A stretch of 63,921 bases of DNA, counting the filler, from an uncultured Methanosarcinales archaeon (GTDB taxonomy: Archaea; Nanobdellota; Nanobdellia; Woesearchaeales; JABMPP01), in the NCBI GenBank assembly GCA_964604995.1. It is 4 parts of 4 records of this genome, joined end to end, with 100 filler letters (N's around TTAATTAATTAA, not from the genome) between each part and the next. Parts side by side here need not be neighbours in the genome. Positions count along the whole stretch, not along the records: positions 1 to 20,778 come from CAZSAD010000029.1; 3 more parts are not named here. One strand, given 5' to 3'. The translations under genes and the position numbers were made by a program. Numbering within the stretch: the stretch's first letter is position 1; the number at the start of each line of letters is the position of its first letter. Below, one piece after another: positions 10,579 to 20,145 of this stretch. The notes beneath the pieces are model-generated. The model saw nothing but the letters and a program-made list of their open reading frames with translations, had not been told where the DNA came from and ran no database searches.

Positions 10579-11781
10579 ATGTTTATTGAATTATTACTTT
10601 CAATTTTAATAGGATCTTTTGCAGGAATAATTACAGGCTTAACTCCTGGAGTGCACGTAAATTTGATTAGTGTATTTGTTTTAGGTTTAAGCCCAATACT
10701 ACTAAAATTTTTTAGTTTAATTGATCTTTGCGCATTTATTGTTGCAATGTCAATTACACATGTATTTGTAGATATGATACCTTCTATTTTTTTAGGAGCT
10801 CCAGAAGAAGATACTGCACTTGGTGTTCTTCCGGGACATAGATTTTTGCTTAAAGGCAAAGGATATATGGCATTAAAATTAGGAGCAATAGGCGCTTATT
10901 TTGCATTAGTATTAAGTGTGATTTTATTCCCAGTTATGATTTATATTGTAAAATTTTCTTATGAATTAATTGAACAATATGTTGGTTATATATTATTAGG
11001 AATAATTATTTTTATGGTAATTAGAGATAATAAAAAAATATGGGCACTTTTGATACTTTGTATATCTGGAATTTTAGGGATTGTTGTTTTGAATATGCCA
11101 AATTTAACAGATCCTTTATTTCCAATGTTTTCCGGATTGTTTGGTATTGCAACCCTTTTACTTAGTTTAAATGAAAGCCAAAATATTCCAAAGCAAGAAA
11201 TTAATAATAATATTGAAATGGAAAATAAAAATGCAGTAAAAGCATTAGCATCTGGTCAATTCTCAGGGTTTTTAACTGCGTTATTACCTGGAATTGGCGC
11301 TTCAACTGCTGCAGTAGTTGCTTTGCAAATAGCTAAAAAAATAGGTGATAGCGGATTTATGATTCTTATGGGTGCAATCAACATGGTAAATTTTGTGTTA
11401 TCAATTGGTACATTGTATATTATAAATAAAGCAAGAAATGGTACAATAGTTGCAGTGTCAGAAATTTTAGGTGAAATTGAGATCATTGATATTTTTATTT
11501 TGTTAAGTGTTGCATTAATTTCAGGGGGTATTGCAATGTTCTTAGCATTTAAAATCGGAAAAATATTTGCAGATATTATGCAAAAAGTAAATTACAAAAA
11601 ATTAGTGATTGGAGTTATTGTATTTGTAACAATTCTTGTATTTACATTCACAGGATTCATTGGAATTTTAGTATTAATTATTTCAACTGCAATTGGACTT
11701 TTACCTGCAATAACTAAAACCACAAGAACACAAGCAATGGGATGTTTAACAATACCTGTTATTATGTACTATTTAATTTAA
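10579..11781 (+). CDS. TctA/DUF112-family integral membrane protein
   Basis: TGLTPGVHVN, IPSIFLGAP..LPGH, PMFSGLFG, LLPGIG. Confidence 0.88.
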   Translation: MFIELLLSILIGSFAGIITGLTPGVHVNLISVFVLGLSPILLKFFSLIDLCAFIVAMSITHVFVDMIPSIFLGAPEEDTALGVLPGHRFLLKGKGYMALKLGAIGAYFALVLSVILFPVMIYIVKFSYELIEQYVGYILLGIIIFMVIRDNKKIWALLILCISGILGIVVLNMPNLTDPLFPMFSGLFGIATLLLSLNESQNIPKQEINNNIEMENKNAVKALASGQFSGFLTALLPGIGASTAAVVALQIAKKIGDSGFMILMGAINMVNFVLSIGTLYIINKARNGTIVAVSEILGEIEIIDIFILLSVALISGGIAMFLAFKIGKIFADIMQKVNYKKLVIGVIVFVTILVFTFTGFIGILVLIISTAIGLLPAITKTTRTQAMGCLTIPVIMYYLI

Positions 11782-11838
11782 TTAAAATTGATTAAAGAAG
11801 AATAAAAAAGAACAATATGTTAAAATTAGTAATCTTAA

Positions 11839-12102
11839 TTATTTGATATCTATTTTTTTTCCAACTGATTGGCCTGGCATACCTTTTTCAAATAATATCC
11901 TAACTGCACCATTTCTGCCATGAACATTTGTAATTTTACCTTTAATTTCTTTTTTGGTTTTTCCGTCAGTTGTCCAAATTGCAGATTTTCCAATAAGAGA
12001 AGCTGCTTTTTCTTTGGTTGTAATACCTTCAGGTTGCATTACCATCTGATTATTGGTCTGGGTATGTTTCCCGCCTCTAAAATTGATTATTGTGCCTTTC
12101 AT
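11839..12102 (-). CDS. rpl35ae: 50S ribosomal protein L35Ae
   Basis: GTIINFRGG.HTQ, GKI...HG..GAVR..F..G.PGQ. Confidence 0.95.
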   Translation of the reverse strand: MKGTIINFRGGKHTQTNNQMVMQPEGITTKEKAASLIGKSAIWTTDGKTKKEIKGKITNVHGRNGAVRILFEKGMPGQSVGKKIDIK

Positions 12103-12207
12103 AGGATAATGGAAAAAACACCGCTTTTTAAAGCTTGCTGTAGAAAAGTGTAAAAGAGAATTGTTAAAAGAAATATTATAGAACTAATAGGGCATTATGG
12201 AACTAAT

Positions 12208-13029
12208 TTATGCTGCTAATGAGGGTGCCATTTGAGGCATGGCATTATAATTAGGATTATAACCTGAGTTATAATTTGCCCTATTTGGTGTTAACATATG
12301 TTTTGCTTGTGGATTATTATCACGACTATTACTAAAAGCAGCAGCGTTATGATTTTTTTCTGCTTTAATAGAAGCTGAAGATGGCAAAACTTCATTTAGA
12401 TAGGATGCTGGCAAAGCATTTACTGCAAATGCTGGAAGTTTGTAATTAGCGATATTAAGAAAAGGAATACCATTTGCAACAAGTCCATAAGCTGGTGCCA
12501 TTAATAATGCAATGCGATTGCTACTGGCCCAAAAATTAGTTGAAATTGCTTTACCAATTCCAGTTGGGTCAAATTTATTATCATAAAGATGTCTAGCTCC
12601 CCTAAATAATGCAGTAAAAACTGCGTTGTACGCACTAAGAGCATAAGCTGTTCTTCCAATATAAGGTCCTAAATTTGCACCAAATATATTTGCACCAATT
12701 TTACCAGCAATTGGAAAAGTGTAATCACCTAAAAGAACCATTGGATAAACAACAGTATTTACAGCTGAATAAGTTTTAAGAGCATTATTTATTAAAGTAT
12801 ACAAAGATTCTCCACTTTTTTTCTTTTTAACAATTCCACCAATTAAACCACCACCTGCAAACGCTGTAGCAATCAATGGTGCAGTAGTACCAACTGTTGC
12901 AAATCCTAAAGCAGTTGTTGCTGTAGCTATAGCTAAATTAAAACCTAAGTCAAAAGTTTTTCTAATAAAACCCTTACTTTGTTTATCATTTACTTTAGTT
13001 TCCAGATCCGTTTGTTTTTCTTCTGACAT
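12208..13029 (-). CDS. Orphan multi-TM protein, paralog 3 (possible Mpv17/PMP22-like fold)
   Basis: DLETKV motif, Gly/Ala-rich helices followed by KKKK, N/Y/P-rich tail. Similar to 13084 and 14545. Confidence 0.7.
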   Translation of the reverse strand: MSEEKQTDLETKVNDKQSKGFIRKTFDLGFNLAIATATTALGFATVGTTAPLIATAFAGGGLIGGIVKKKKSGESLYTLINNALKTYSAVNTVVYPMVLLGDYTFPIAGKIGANIFGANLGPYIGRTAYALSAYNAVFTALFRGARHLYDNKFDPTGIGKAISTNFWASSNRIALLMAPAYGLVANGIPFLNIANYKLPAFAVNALPASYLNEVLPSSASIKAEKNHNAAAFSNSRDNNPQAKHMLTPNRANYNSGYNPNYNAMPQMAPSLAA

Positions 13030-13083
13030 TTTAGATAAAAAAATTATTTTTGTTATTATTTTTGTTAATTATTTTAAAAATAA

Positions 13084-14031
13084 TTAATGTGTATAAGCTG
13101 CATTGGAATTTGTTCCATGATTTAATTCATAGCCTGGTACTTTGAAAAAATTATCAATTTTATTTGGAATTGATTTGTAAAAAGATTTTACTTTTTGTCC
13201 AATTGATATTTTTTCTTTATGTTCACCAGTTTCTTCTTTCTTTTTACCAGAGACAAGTCTAAATACAACATCATGTACTGCTCCAATTCCAACCCTATAT
13301 GCTGGCTCAGTAACAAGACCTTGACCAATTGTTAAATAGTGGCTTGGAAAAAGAAGTGCTGAAGTTTTTGGAACTGATTTTTTGAAATCTTCTTTCATTG
13401 GTTTGTATGATTCTTTAAGATAACCGAAAATTTTGCCATTGACTAAACCTTTCAATGATTTTCTTGTTCCGATTTTATCTCTAAGATAAGTCATAGTGTG
13501 ATAAATAGGAAAGAATGGAATAAACATTAATGGGTTAAACATCATGGTTTTAAGGATTTTCCCATACCATGTGGCAGTTGGAATTCCAAGTGCTCCAACT
13601 AAATATTCAGGAGCTTTATACAAAGTGTAAGCAATGCAACCAATAAAACTTCCAGTGCCAAGTTCCTTTCTAGCTTCATACCAAGTTGTTTTTTTCTTGT
13701 TCTTTTTATTTTCAATAAATCTTCCCCCAAGATAACCAAGAGGTGAAGCTAGTGAAGATGAAGCTTGCCAAAATGTTTTTGTTCCTGCTAAAAATCCAAG
13801 CCCGCCAGACAATAAAAAATTACCAATCATAAAAGGTGAAAACTTCAATAAGTCTTTTCCTATTTGTTTAAAATTCCAACCGCCGTCATCTTTATGTTCG
13901 TCTACTTTATGCTCCAAATCATGATTTTGTTGTTTAACTGGCATGTGATTAGGATTTTGATTATTTGTAGATTGTCCTGCCATTTGTGTTGGAGCATTTA
14001 CAATATCATCTATACTGGAAGGTTCAGACAT
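13084..14031 (-). CDS. Orphan multi-TM protein, paralog 2 (possible Mpv17/PMP22-like fold)
   Basis: DLEHKV, GRFIENKK, K...FNPLMFIP..F...MKEDF...LFP....P.YRV. Start ATG 14031 follows a GGAGGGTGA SD. Confidence 0.7.
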   Translation of the reverse strand: MSEPSSIDDIVNAPTQMAGQSTNNQNPNHMPVKQQNHDLEHKVDEHKDDGGWNFKQIGKDLLKFSPFMIGNFLLSGGLGFLAGTKTFWQASSSLASPLGYLGGRFIENKKNKKKTTWYEARKELGTGSFIGCIAYTLYKAPEYLVGALGIPTATWYGKILKTMMFNPLMFIPFFPIYHTMTYLRDKIGTRKSLKGLVNGKIFGYLKESYKPMKEDFKKSVPKTSALLFPSHYLTIGQGLVTEPAYRVGIGAVHDVVFRLVSGKKKEETGEHKEKISIGQKVKSFYKSIPNKIDNFFKVPGYELNHGTNSNAAYTH

Positions 14032-14314
14032 TGGTCTCACCCTCCTTACGTTTAGTGTTTATAATATTTGAGAAAGTATCATTTATCTTATTATCTGCAA
14101 AATTACCATCTTTAGTATGATTGTTATTATCGTTTTTATTATTTACATTATCAGTTTTATTTACATTTTTTTCAGTTGAAATTTTATTTTCAAGTAATTT
14201 CATTACTGCGAACTCGATTGCATGGCTTTTATTTCTAAATCTTTGAGATTTAATATGTTCATCAATCATCTTCAAAGTTTTATTGTTTATAGTGATACTA
14301 AGCTTTACTTTCAC
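14024..14314 (-). CDS. Ribbon-helix-helix (CopG/Arc/MetJ) DNA-binding protein
   Basis: KVKLSITI beta strand followed by ..FRNKSHAIEFAV. Confidence 0.85.
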   Translation of the reverse strand: MKVKLSITINNKTLKMIDEHIKSQRFRNKSHAIEFAVMKLLENKISTEKNVNKTDNVNNKNDNNNHTKDGNFADNKINDTFSNIINTKRKEGETNV

Positions 14315-14532
14315 TTTGTATCACCTTTAGTAACATTAATAGAATTATCAGATTCATTAGTTAAGTTTAAAGAAGTTAAATATTCATTTACTGCATGTTC
14401 AATTATTTTACTTTTGTTTGGAAAATTTTTTCTCTCTTTAGAAAGTCTTGCAAGTAACAAAGAAACTGTTTTCATCTCTAATGTTACACTAATTTTTCTC
14501 TTTGCTATTTTTTTTGTCATTTTGTTTACCAT
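14311..14532 (-). CDS. Ribbon-helix-helix DNA-binding protein
   Basis: KRKISVTL...NKSKIIEHAVNEYL. Stop overlaps the next start. Confidence 0.8.
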   Translation of the reverse strand: MVNKMTKKIAKRKISVTLEMKTVSLLLARLSKERKNFPNKSKIIEHAVNEYLTSLNLTNESDNSINVTKGDTK

Positions 14533-14544
14533 TTTCTATCTTGT

Positions 14545-15483
14545 TTATGCACTCATTTGTTGTTGCATTTGATTTGCATACTGCGGATTATTTGCAAGAT
14601 ATTGATTCATCAAAGCTTGTTGTGATTGAGGTGACATTTGCTGATGCTGCGCTCCTTTTGCTAAACCATTTTTTTCTAATTTAGCTTTTTCAGTATAAAA
14701 TCTATAAGCACTTGCTGTTCCTGTTGAAACTGTATATTTCAAAGGCATAGAATAAGATGAAGCCCAATTTGCACCAACAACTATTGGTAATATTCCTTTA
14801 GTATCAACTATCCAACTAGCGTAAGTTTTAGGTGTTTCTCTAATGGCATGACCTAAACCTTCATTTAGAACTTTAAATGGTCCTTTTTCACTTATGCCTT
14901 TTAGTAAAGCAGATGGGGATCCATAATTAGTAATATAATGTTCAGTGAATTTGTCTCCTCCAATAAAAGTAGTTGGACCCAGTGCATAAAAAGTTAAAAG
15001 TTTTGTTGTTAAATCTGGAACTGTAGCTATATATTTTCCAATTGGATAAAATAAATTGCCAGAAACTAATCCTTTCAAATACTCGTGTTTAAAATCAGTA
15101 AATGTAAATGGTTTTCCAATTTTTTTATTAATAAAATATCTTCCAATCCCTAAACCTGTTGACATCACAAGTGGACCAACACCAGTTATTGCAAGTGAAG
15201 TTAAACCGCCACCAATCATCCAACCTGCTGTGTAAAATGGTTTAGTTACAGTTTTTGCACCATCAAAAATCCCAGAGAAAAATCTTTCAAATATTGTTTG
15301 ATTATTACTTGTTATTTTTTGTTCAAGACCACCTGCATGATTGTTGGCAACTTTTGGCTCTTCCACTTCCGCCCTTTTTGCTTGTTTTTTTAGTATGTCA
15401 TCTAAATTATTCTTCTGCTCTTTAGCCTTCTTTTCATTAGCATTTTGGCCTACTGTGTGTGAGTCATTTTTTTTGTCTGACAT
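14545..15483 (-). CDS. Orphan multi-TM protein, paralog 1
   Basis: GLEQKI, GRYFINKKIGK, Q/N/Y-rich tail. Similar to 12208 and 13084. Confidence 0.7.
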   Translation of the reverse strand: MSDKKNDSHTVGQNANEKKAKEQKNNLDDILKKQAKRAEVEEPKVANNHAGGLEQKITSNNQTIFERFFSGIFDGAKTVTKPFYTAGWMIGGGLTSLAITGVGPLVMSTGLGIGRYFINKKIGKPFTFTDFKHEYLKGLVSGNLFYPIGKYIATVPDLTTKLLTFYALGPTTFIGGDKFTEHYITNYGSPSALLKGISEKGPFKVLNEGLGHAIRETPKTYASWIVDTKGILPIVVGANWASSYSMPLKYTVSTGTASAYRFYTEKAKLEKNGLAKGAQHQQMSPQSQQALMNQYLANNPQYANQMQQQMSA

Positions 15484-15632
15484 ATTTTCCCCAAAAATAT
15501 TTTAATTTTAAAAACGTTATAACTTTATAGTAGTAGTATTTTAAACTATTATGTACTACTAGTATTTAAACATTTCTATTTGTTACTCTCGATAAGTGCT
15601 AACAAAAGGAAGAATTAAAATTATTAGAATGT

Positions 15633-15860
15633 TATACCAAAAAGAATATATACCAAATAGAATAATTAGTTCTAAAAATGCTTAAAATATATTAAAATTA
15701 GGATTTTATGATTTGCCAAAAAATTTATATATAAATTATTATACTATAAAGAATATATACCAAATGGAATAGTAATTTAGAAAATATAAATTAAATAATT
15801 TATTCAAATCAAAATATTTATATAATAGTATACTAATTAGGATATAGTCCAATTGGAATA
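15633..15860. promoter_or_regulatory. Three tandem pairs of a 16-bp quasi-palindromic box (ideal TATTCCAATTGGAATA) in a divergent intergenic region
   Basis: TATACCAAAAAGAATA 15633, TATACCAAATAGAATA 15649, TATACTATAAAGAATA 15740, TATACCAAATGGAATA 15756, TATACTAATTAGGATA 15829, TAGTCCAATTGGAATA 15845. Confidence 0.75.
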
Positions 15861-15915
15861 AAACTGCAGTTAACAGCTATAATTCTATAGCAAATAGATC
15901 TGCAAAAGTGACAAC

Positions 15916-17118
15916 ATGTTTTTTATGGCTAACCCAGAAGACCAGGAGCACCGTGTCAACAGAAGGTTCTACTTAGAAAAACTAAGTGAATATGTTAGAT
16001 ATGGAAAAAACGTTGCTTTAGTTGGGCCCAAGAAATCAGGTAAATCATCCCTAGCAAAGCAGATTGTAACAAATCTTCGCTTGGGCCAAGATATCCTGCC
16101 TGTTTACATCGGCCTGAATAGAACAAGCACACCCCCTGAAAACTTTTCTATTGAACTCATGGGCAACGTATGTTTCTGGTCTTCGGGAGCCTTTTCAAAT
16201 TCTTCTAATCAAACTCTTTCTAGTTTTTATAAATTCCAAACAATAGAATATTTAATTTCTATCAAGGACAAACTTGGAAAAAATGCTGCAGATATTATTG
16301 ATATAGTAAACAATGAATTACAAAAAATAAAACCAGACCAAAAATTAATTTTGCAAAAAGCATTTTCATTTGCTGAAGAAATTTCAAAAAAAATTGGCAA
16401 GAAAATTGTTTTTGTAATTGATGATTTTGAAAATATTTTTGATTTGAATAATTTTGGCCAAATTAAAGATGTTCTTTCATTAATGGATTTTAAAAGCAAA
16501 AATGTTCATTATATTGTTACAAGTTCAGCAAAAACACAATTATTATCTGGATTGAAAAACAATGGAAATTTTGTTATTGAAGAAATTTTAGGTTTTACAT
16601 ACGAAGAAACTGAAAAATTAGTTGAAAAAACAATTGGCAAAATAGATAAAAAAATTGTTGAGCAAATTCATTCTTATTCCAATGGATTACCTGTTTTAAT
16701 CAGGTCTATTTCTTTGAGATATTTAGAAGTTAAGGATATAAAAAAAGCATTCTTGATTGAGATGACATTCAAGAATTCTAATTCTTATTTGTATTTAGAT
16801 AGTATCCTTAAAGATTTCCTCTATCGTGCAAGAGGAGAAGCAATGCCAAAGACTGTTGTAAAAGTTATGACTTTTATGCAAAGTCCAAGACTAACAGAAA
16901 TTTCAAAAAAGATTTACAGGAGCGCACCTGTAACAAAAAGCCTGCTTGAAAGAATGATGCAAGTTGATCTCATTGTAAAAGTTGATAACAAGTATAATTT
17001 CTCAAATCCAATTCTCAAACAATGGTTAAAATTAGTTTTCTTAGGAGTAGAATTTGATTATGTTCCTTCTGATAGAGAATTAAAACAAATTGAAGAGGTA
17101 TTAGATGAAAAGCAGTAG
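15916..17118 (+). CDS. Archaeal P-loop ATPase (AAA/STAND-like) with C-terminal winged helix
   Basis: GPKKSGKSS Walker A, IVFVIDDFE Walker B, SNGLP (GxP), LTEISKKI HTH, Y.F.NPILKQWL. Confidence 0.85.
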   Translation: MFFMANPEDQEHRVNRRFYLEKLSEYVRYGKNVALVGPKKSGKSSLAKQIVTNLRLGQDILPVYIGLNRTSTPPENFSIELMGNVCFWSSGAFSNSSNQTLSSFYKFQTIEYLISIKDKLGKNAADIIDIVNNELQKIKPDQKLILQKAFSFAEEISKKIGKKIVFVIDDFENIFDLNNFGQIKDVLSLMDFKSKNVHYIVTSSAKTQLLSGLKNNGNFVIEEILGFTYEETEKLVEKTIGKIDKKIVEQIHSYSNGLPVLIRSISLRYLEVKDIKKAFLIEMTFKNSNSYLYLDSILKDFLYRARGEAMPKTVVKVMTFMQSPRLTEISKKIYRSAPVTKSLLERMMQVDLIVKVDNKYNFSNPILKQWLKLVFLGVEFDYVPSDRELKQIEEVLDEKQ

Positions 17119-20100
17119 TAATAACAAAGTGAGAATGCTAATGTTTACTTTAATTTTCTTAGCTATTGCTTTAGTTTCAATTACTGCTGTTAATGCGAGT
17201 ATAGGAACTGCAATTGGTGGAATAACAAACAGTATTAGAAATATAATTGGTAAATATACAATTTCAGGAGTAAATGCATTAATCATTGCAGCATTATTAT
17301 TTGTAATCCAAGCATACTTTGCAAAGAATATAACAGATAAAAATCAAAGAACAATAGTACAAGCACTTATTGTTGCATTGGCCATATTTGTTTCCTTTTG
17401 GAATCCAATATTAAAATCTCAATATTTATGGACATTACCCTGGGCAGCAAATATTTTACATATAAAAGTAATAATAAATCTGGTACTTATTGGAATTTTT
17501 GTTTACATAGTTGCTTCATTTTTTAAATTACAAGATAAAGTAGGTGGAGCAGATAAAGGAAAAGTAGTTTTGATTTTAATTGCCATAATGATATCTGCAA
17601 GTGTTGCACTCCAACCTTTTGAAGGAGGTAAAAAATATAATGATGCAACTTACAAATTTGTGTGGGAATATGAATCAGTAATTGATGCAAGATTATTTTT
17701 ATTAGGAGATTCTAACTGTATATATAATGAAAAAATTGGAAATAAAATAATTCCAAGTAAATATTGCTATACAAATGAATCAAAATCCGCATTAATGGCA
17801 GGAACTGAATCAAAACAAGTTACCTTAACTTCAATTGATGAAAATTCTTCGTTTGTAGGATTTGGTGTTTTAAGAGGGATACATCTTTTCATATTTATTG
17901 GCTTAGGGTTATTGTTTTACTGGTTCTTTTCAACCATGGGAATTATTGGAGATATGAAATGGTTGAATGGAATTATTGCATATTTAATAGCCTCATCTAT
18001 GGCACATAGCGGAACAACAGTAGAAAAAGCAGTGCTTTTGGGAGAGGTATTATTCACAATTATATTATTCAAAGCAATTGATGAAAAAAGCCCACTCAAA
18101 AATCTTTTCAAAGATAGACCACAAATTGGAACTATACTCAATGGGATATTATCTTTAGGATTAACACAGTGGTTAGCAGTATTAGCATTTAAAGACAAAG
18201 CAACTTTTACATTTTTCCCATATGATATCATTAACGGTACCTTCTCAACATTAGGGTGGTTTATTGGAGGAGTAGTGTTAATTGGTATAATCGTAATAAT
18301 TGTTATTTTAATTGGCTCTTCCAATAAAGATAAAGCACACAAACATGGTAAAATGTTTGGCTACTTAAATCAAAAAAGAGTGCGAATACAAAATAAAATA
18401 TTTATGAGAATTCCGGGTTTAAGAGAGTTATTAAGAAGGACAAAATCTGAAAGAGATGTAATACAAGAGGGTACACTTGGTGACGAGTTTAGAGTTGGAT
18501 TCCCCACCTTCCAAATTCTTATGAATTGGATGTTAAGACTTGAAGTTTTCCTTAACAAAAAAAGCACTGTAGTTAAAAGAAGAAATGAAGCAATGTCGAT
18601 ATATGGTTATGGATCTGAAAAAATAGATTTTCCAGATTTTGAGCCACTTGGAAATGAAACTTCGTTTACCAGATTTAAAACGCAGATGGAATATTTCAAA
18701 AATGGTGCAAGATTAAAAGTACACAATGGTAAGAATAATAGACCTCTCGTTCCAGATCATGAAATAGGAAAAGGTAAGATATTAGGAGCTTCAGATTGTT
18801 TTTATGACACTCCAAGAAATACTTATGTTGAAGAAACATATGTAGACAGAGGTAAACTTAATTATGGAGATGAACAAGAAATTAAAGGAGGAATCCAAAC
18901 TTATTTGCCAGTATTAAAATTATATGAAACAATGATTATCAAAATTAATGATTCCACAAAAAATGACTGGGTAAAAGATGCTGATATTGGTGGAATACTT
19001 ACTGAAAACATTGAGGAATTCTTGCAAGTACCAATGGCCCGTGTAACAAATAATATGAATAGTGGTGCTAATGATTTTGCAAAAGCTTACTTAAAATATG
19101 GAATTATAAAATTTATCAACGCTAGAAGAGAATTCATGCTTGATCAGTATTTGATGTTTGGAGAAAATGAGCATACTTACAGATTTGCAACTCCCATTGC
19201 TAAAATATCATATTATGAATATGAAATAAAGGATGATGAAGATATTGAAAAGATAAAAAAGAATAGCAAAATGTGGGATATGGATTATAACCAATTTGTA
19301 TCTATAAAAAATGCTGGAAAAGCAAATAGAAAGATTGTTTTGAATGTTGAACCAAAGTATGAAGATATACCTGTAATTTATGCTTATCCTAATGGACCGG
19401 ACACAACAAAAAAACGCGATCTTTTTGGAAATAGAGATGATCAGTTACGAGATGAAGTTTGGTTTGATGGTAAGTATGTTCAAGATACTAATATCATAAA
19501 AGCAAAAATTAAATGTGGTTATTCAAAGGAAGAAATAAAAAATGAACATCCCTACATAAGAAGAGTCACGCCTTTTGTTTATGGAAAAAGCGTAACTCAC
19601 AATGCTATGTATCATAAGATTATGGAATATGACCTTATTGAATGGGATGGATGGATAAGTGATATGCTTGTTGGTGAATTTAAACAAAATAGCAGAAGCT
19701 GGCTTGATTATTATGATGCAAGAGAAAAAGGAAAAAATTATTTTATGATAAATGCTGAAAAAGCAAAGCCTGAGGAAGATCCAAATAATAATGAATCGGG
19801 TGAACACAAACATATTGAAATTGGGGATCCTAGACCCGCATTTGATAGGCAAGCATTAGTTAATCCAGGTTCATTTTATTATTGGGGAAGATATAGATGG
19901 AACGGATTAAAGCTTGCTAATCTCAATGAAGATAAACCAATAAGTCCGTATCCAGGAATATCCATAAAAGGGTTAACTGAATATTTAAAATATTATTTAG
20001 AACAAAGAGTAGAACAAGATGAGGAATTCCTAAATAATTTTAATTTGTTTGTGATATATAGCGGAGATAGTCATCATCCATTTGCCAGAGCTAGAGAAGT

Positions 20101-20137
20101 AATTAAAGTAGAAGACAAAGGAAAAGAACATCATTAA
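17105..20137 (+). CDS. 1010-aa protein with a polytopic membrane N-half and a large soluble C-half, unknown function
   Basis: About 10 hydrophobic segments in the first 400 aa. Overlaps the ATPase stop. Confidence 0.75.
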   Translation: MKSSSNNKVRMLMFTLIFLAIALVSITAVNASIGTAIGGITNSIRNIIGKYTISGVNALIIAALLFVIQAYFAKNITDKNQRTIVQALIVALAIFVSFWNPILKSQYLWTLPWAANILHIKVIINLVLIGIFVYIVASFFKLQDKVGGADKGKVVLILIAIMISASVALQPFEGGKKYNDATYKFVWEYESVIDARLFLLGDSNCIYNEKIGNKIIPSKYCYTNESKSALMAGTESKQVTLTSIDENSSFVGFGVLRGIHLFIFIGLGLLFYWFFSTMGIIGDMKWLNGIIAYLIASSMAHSGTTVEKAVLLGEVLFTIILFKAIDEKSPLKNLFKDRPQIGTILNGILSLGLTQWLAVLAFKDKATFTFFPYDIINGTFSTLGWFIGGVVLIGIIVIIVILIGSSNKDKAHKHGKMFGYLNQKRVRIQNKIFMRIPGLRELLRRTKSERDVIQEGTLGDEFRVGFPTFQILMNWMLRLEVFLNKKSTVVKRRNEAMSIYGYGSEKIDFPDFEPLGNETSFTRFKTQMEYFKNGARLKVHNGKNNRPLVPDHEIGKGKILGASDCFYDTPRNTYVEETYVDRGKLNYGDEQEIKGGIQTYLPVLKLYETMIIKINDSTKNDWVKDADIGGILTENIEEFLQVPMARVTNNMNSGANDFAKAYLKYGIIKFINARREFMLDQYLMFGENEHTYRFATPIAKISYYEYEIKDDEDIEKIKKNSKMWDMDYNQFVSIKNAGKANRKIVLNVEPKYEDIPVIYAYPNGPDTTKKRDLFGNRDDQLRDEVWFDGKYVQDTNIIKAKIKCGYSKEEIKNEHPYIRRVTPFVYGKSVTHNAMYHKIMEYDLIEWDGWISDMLVGEFKQNSRSWLDYYDAREKGKNYFMINAEKAKPEEDPNNNESGEHKHIEIGDPRPAFDRQALVNPGSFYYWGRYRWNGLKLANLNEDKPISPYPGISIKGLTEYLKYYLEQRVEQDEEFLNNFNLFVIYSGDSHHPFARAREVIKVEDKGKEHH

Positions 20138-20145
20138 AATAAAAA

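Noticed and set aside
15633..15860. CRISPR array
   Set aside because: The repeats are 16 bp, degenerate and directly abutting in pairs with 75- and 57-nt gaps, and no cas genes are present.
15916..17118. Calling the ATPase orc1/cdc6
   Set aside because: It lacks recognisable Orc1 signatures (GxxGTGKT, LDEID) and the boxes lack ORB G-strings. This is kept only as an alternative hypothesis.
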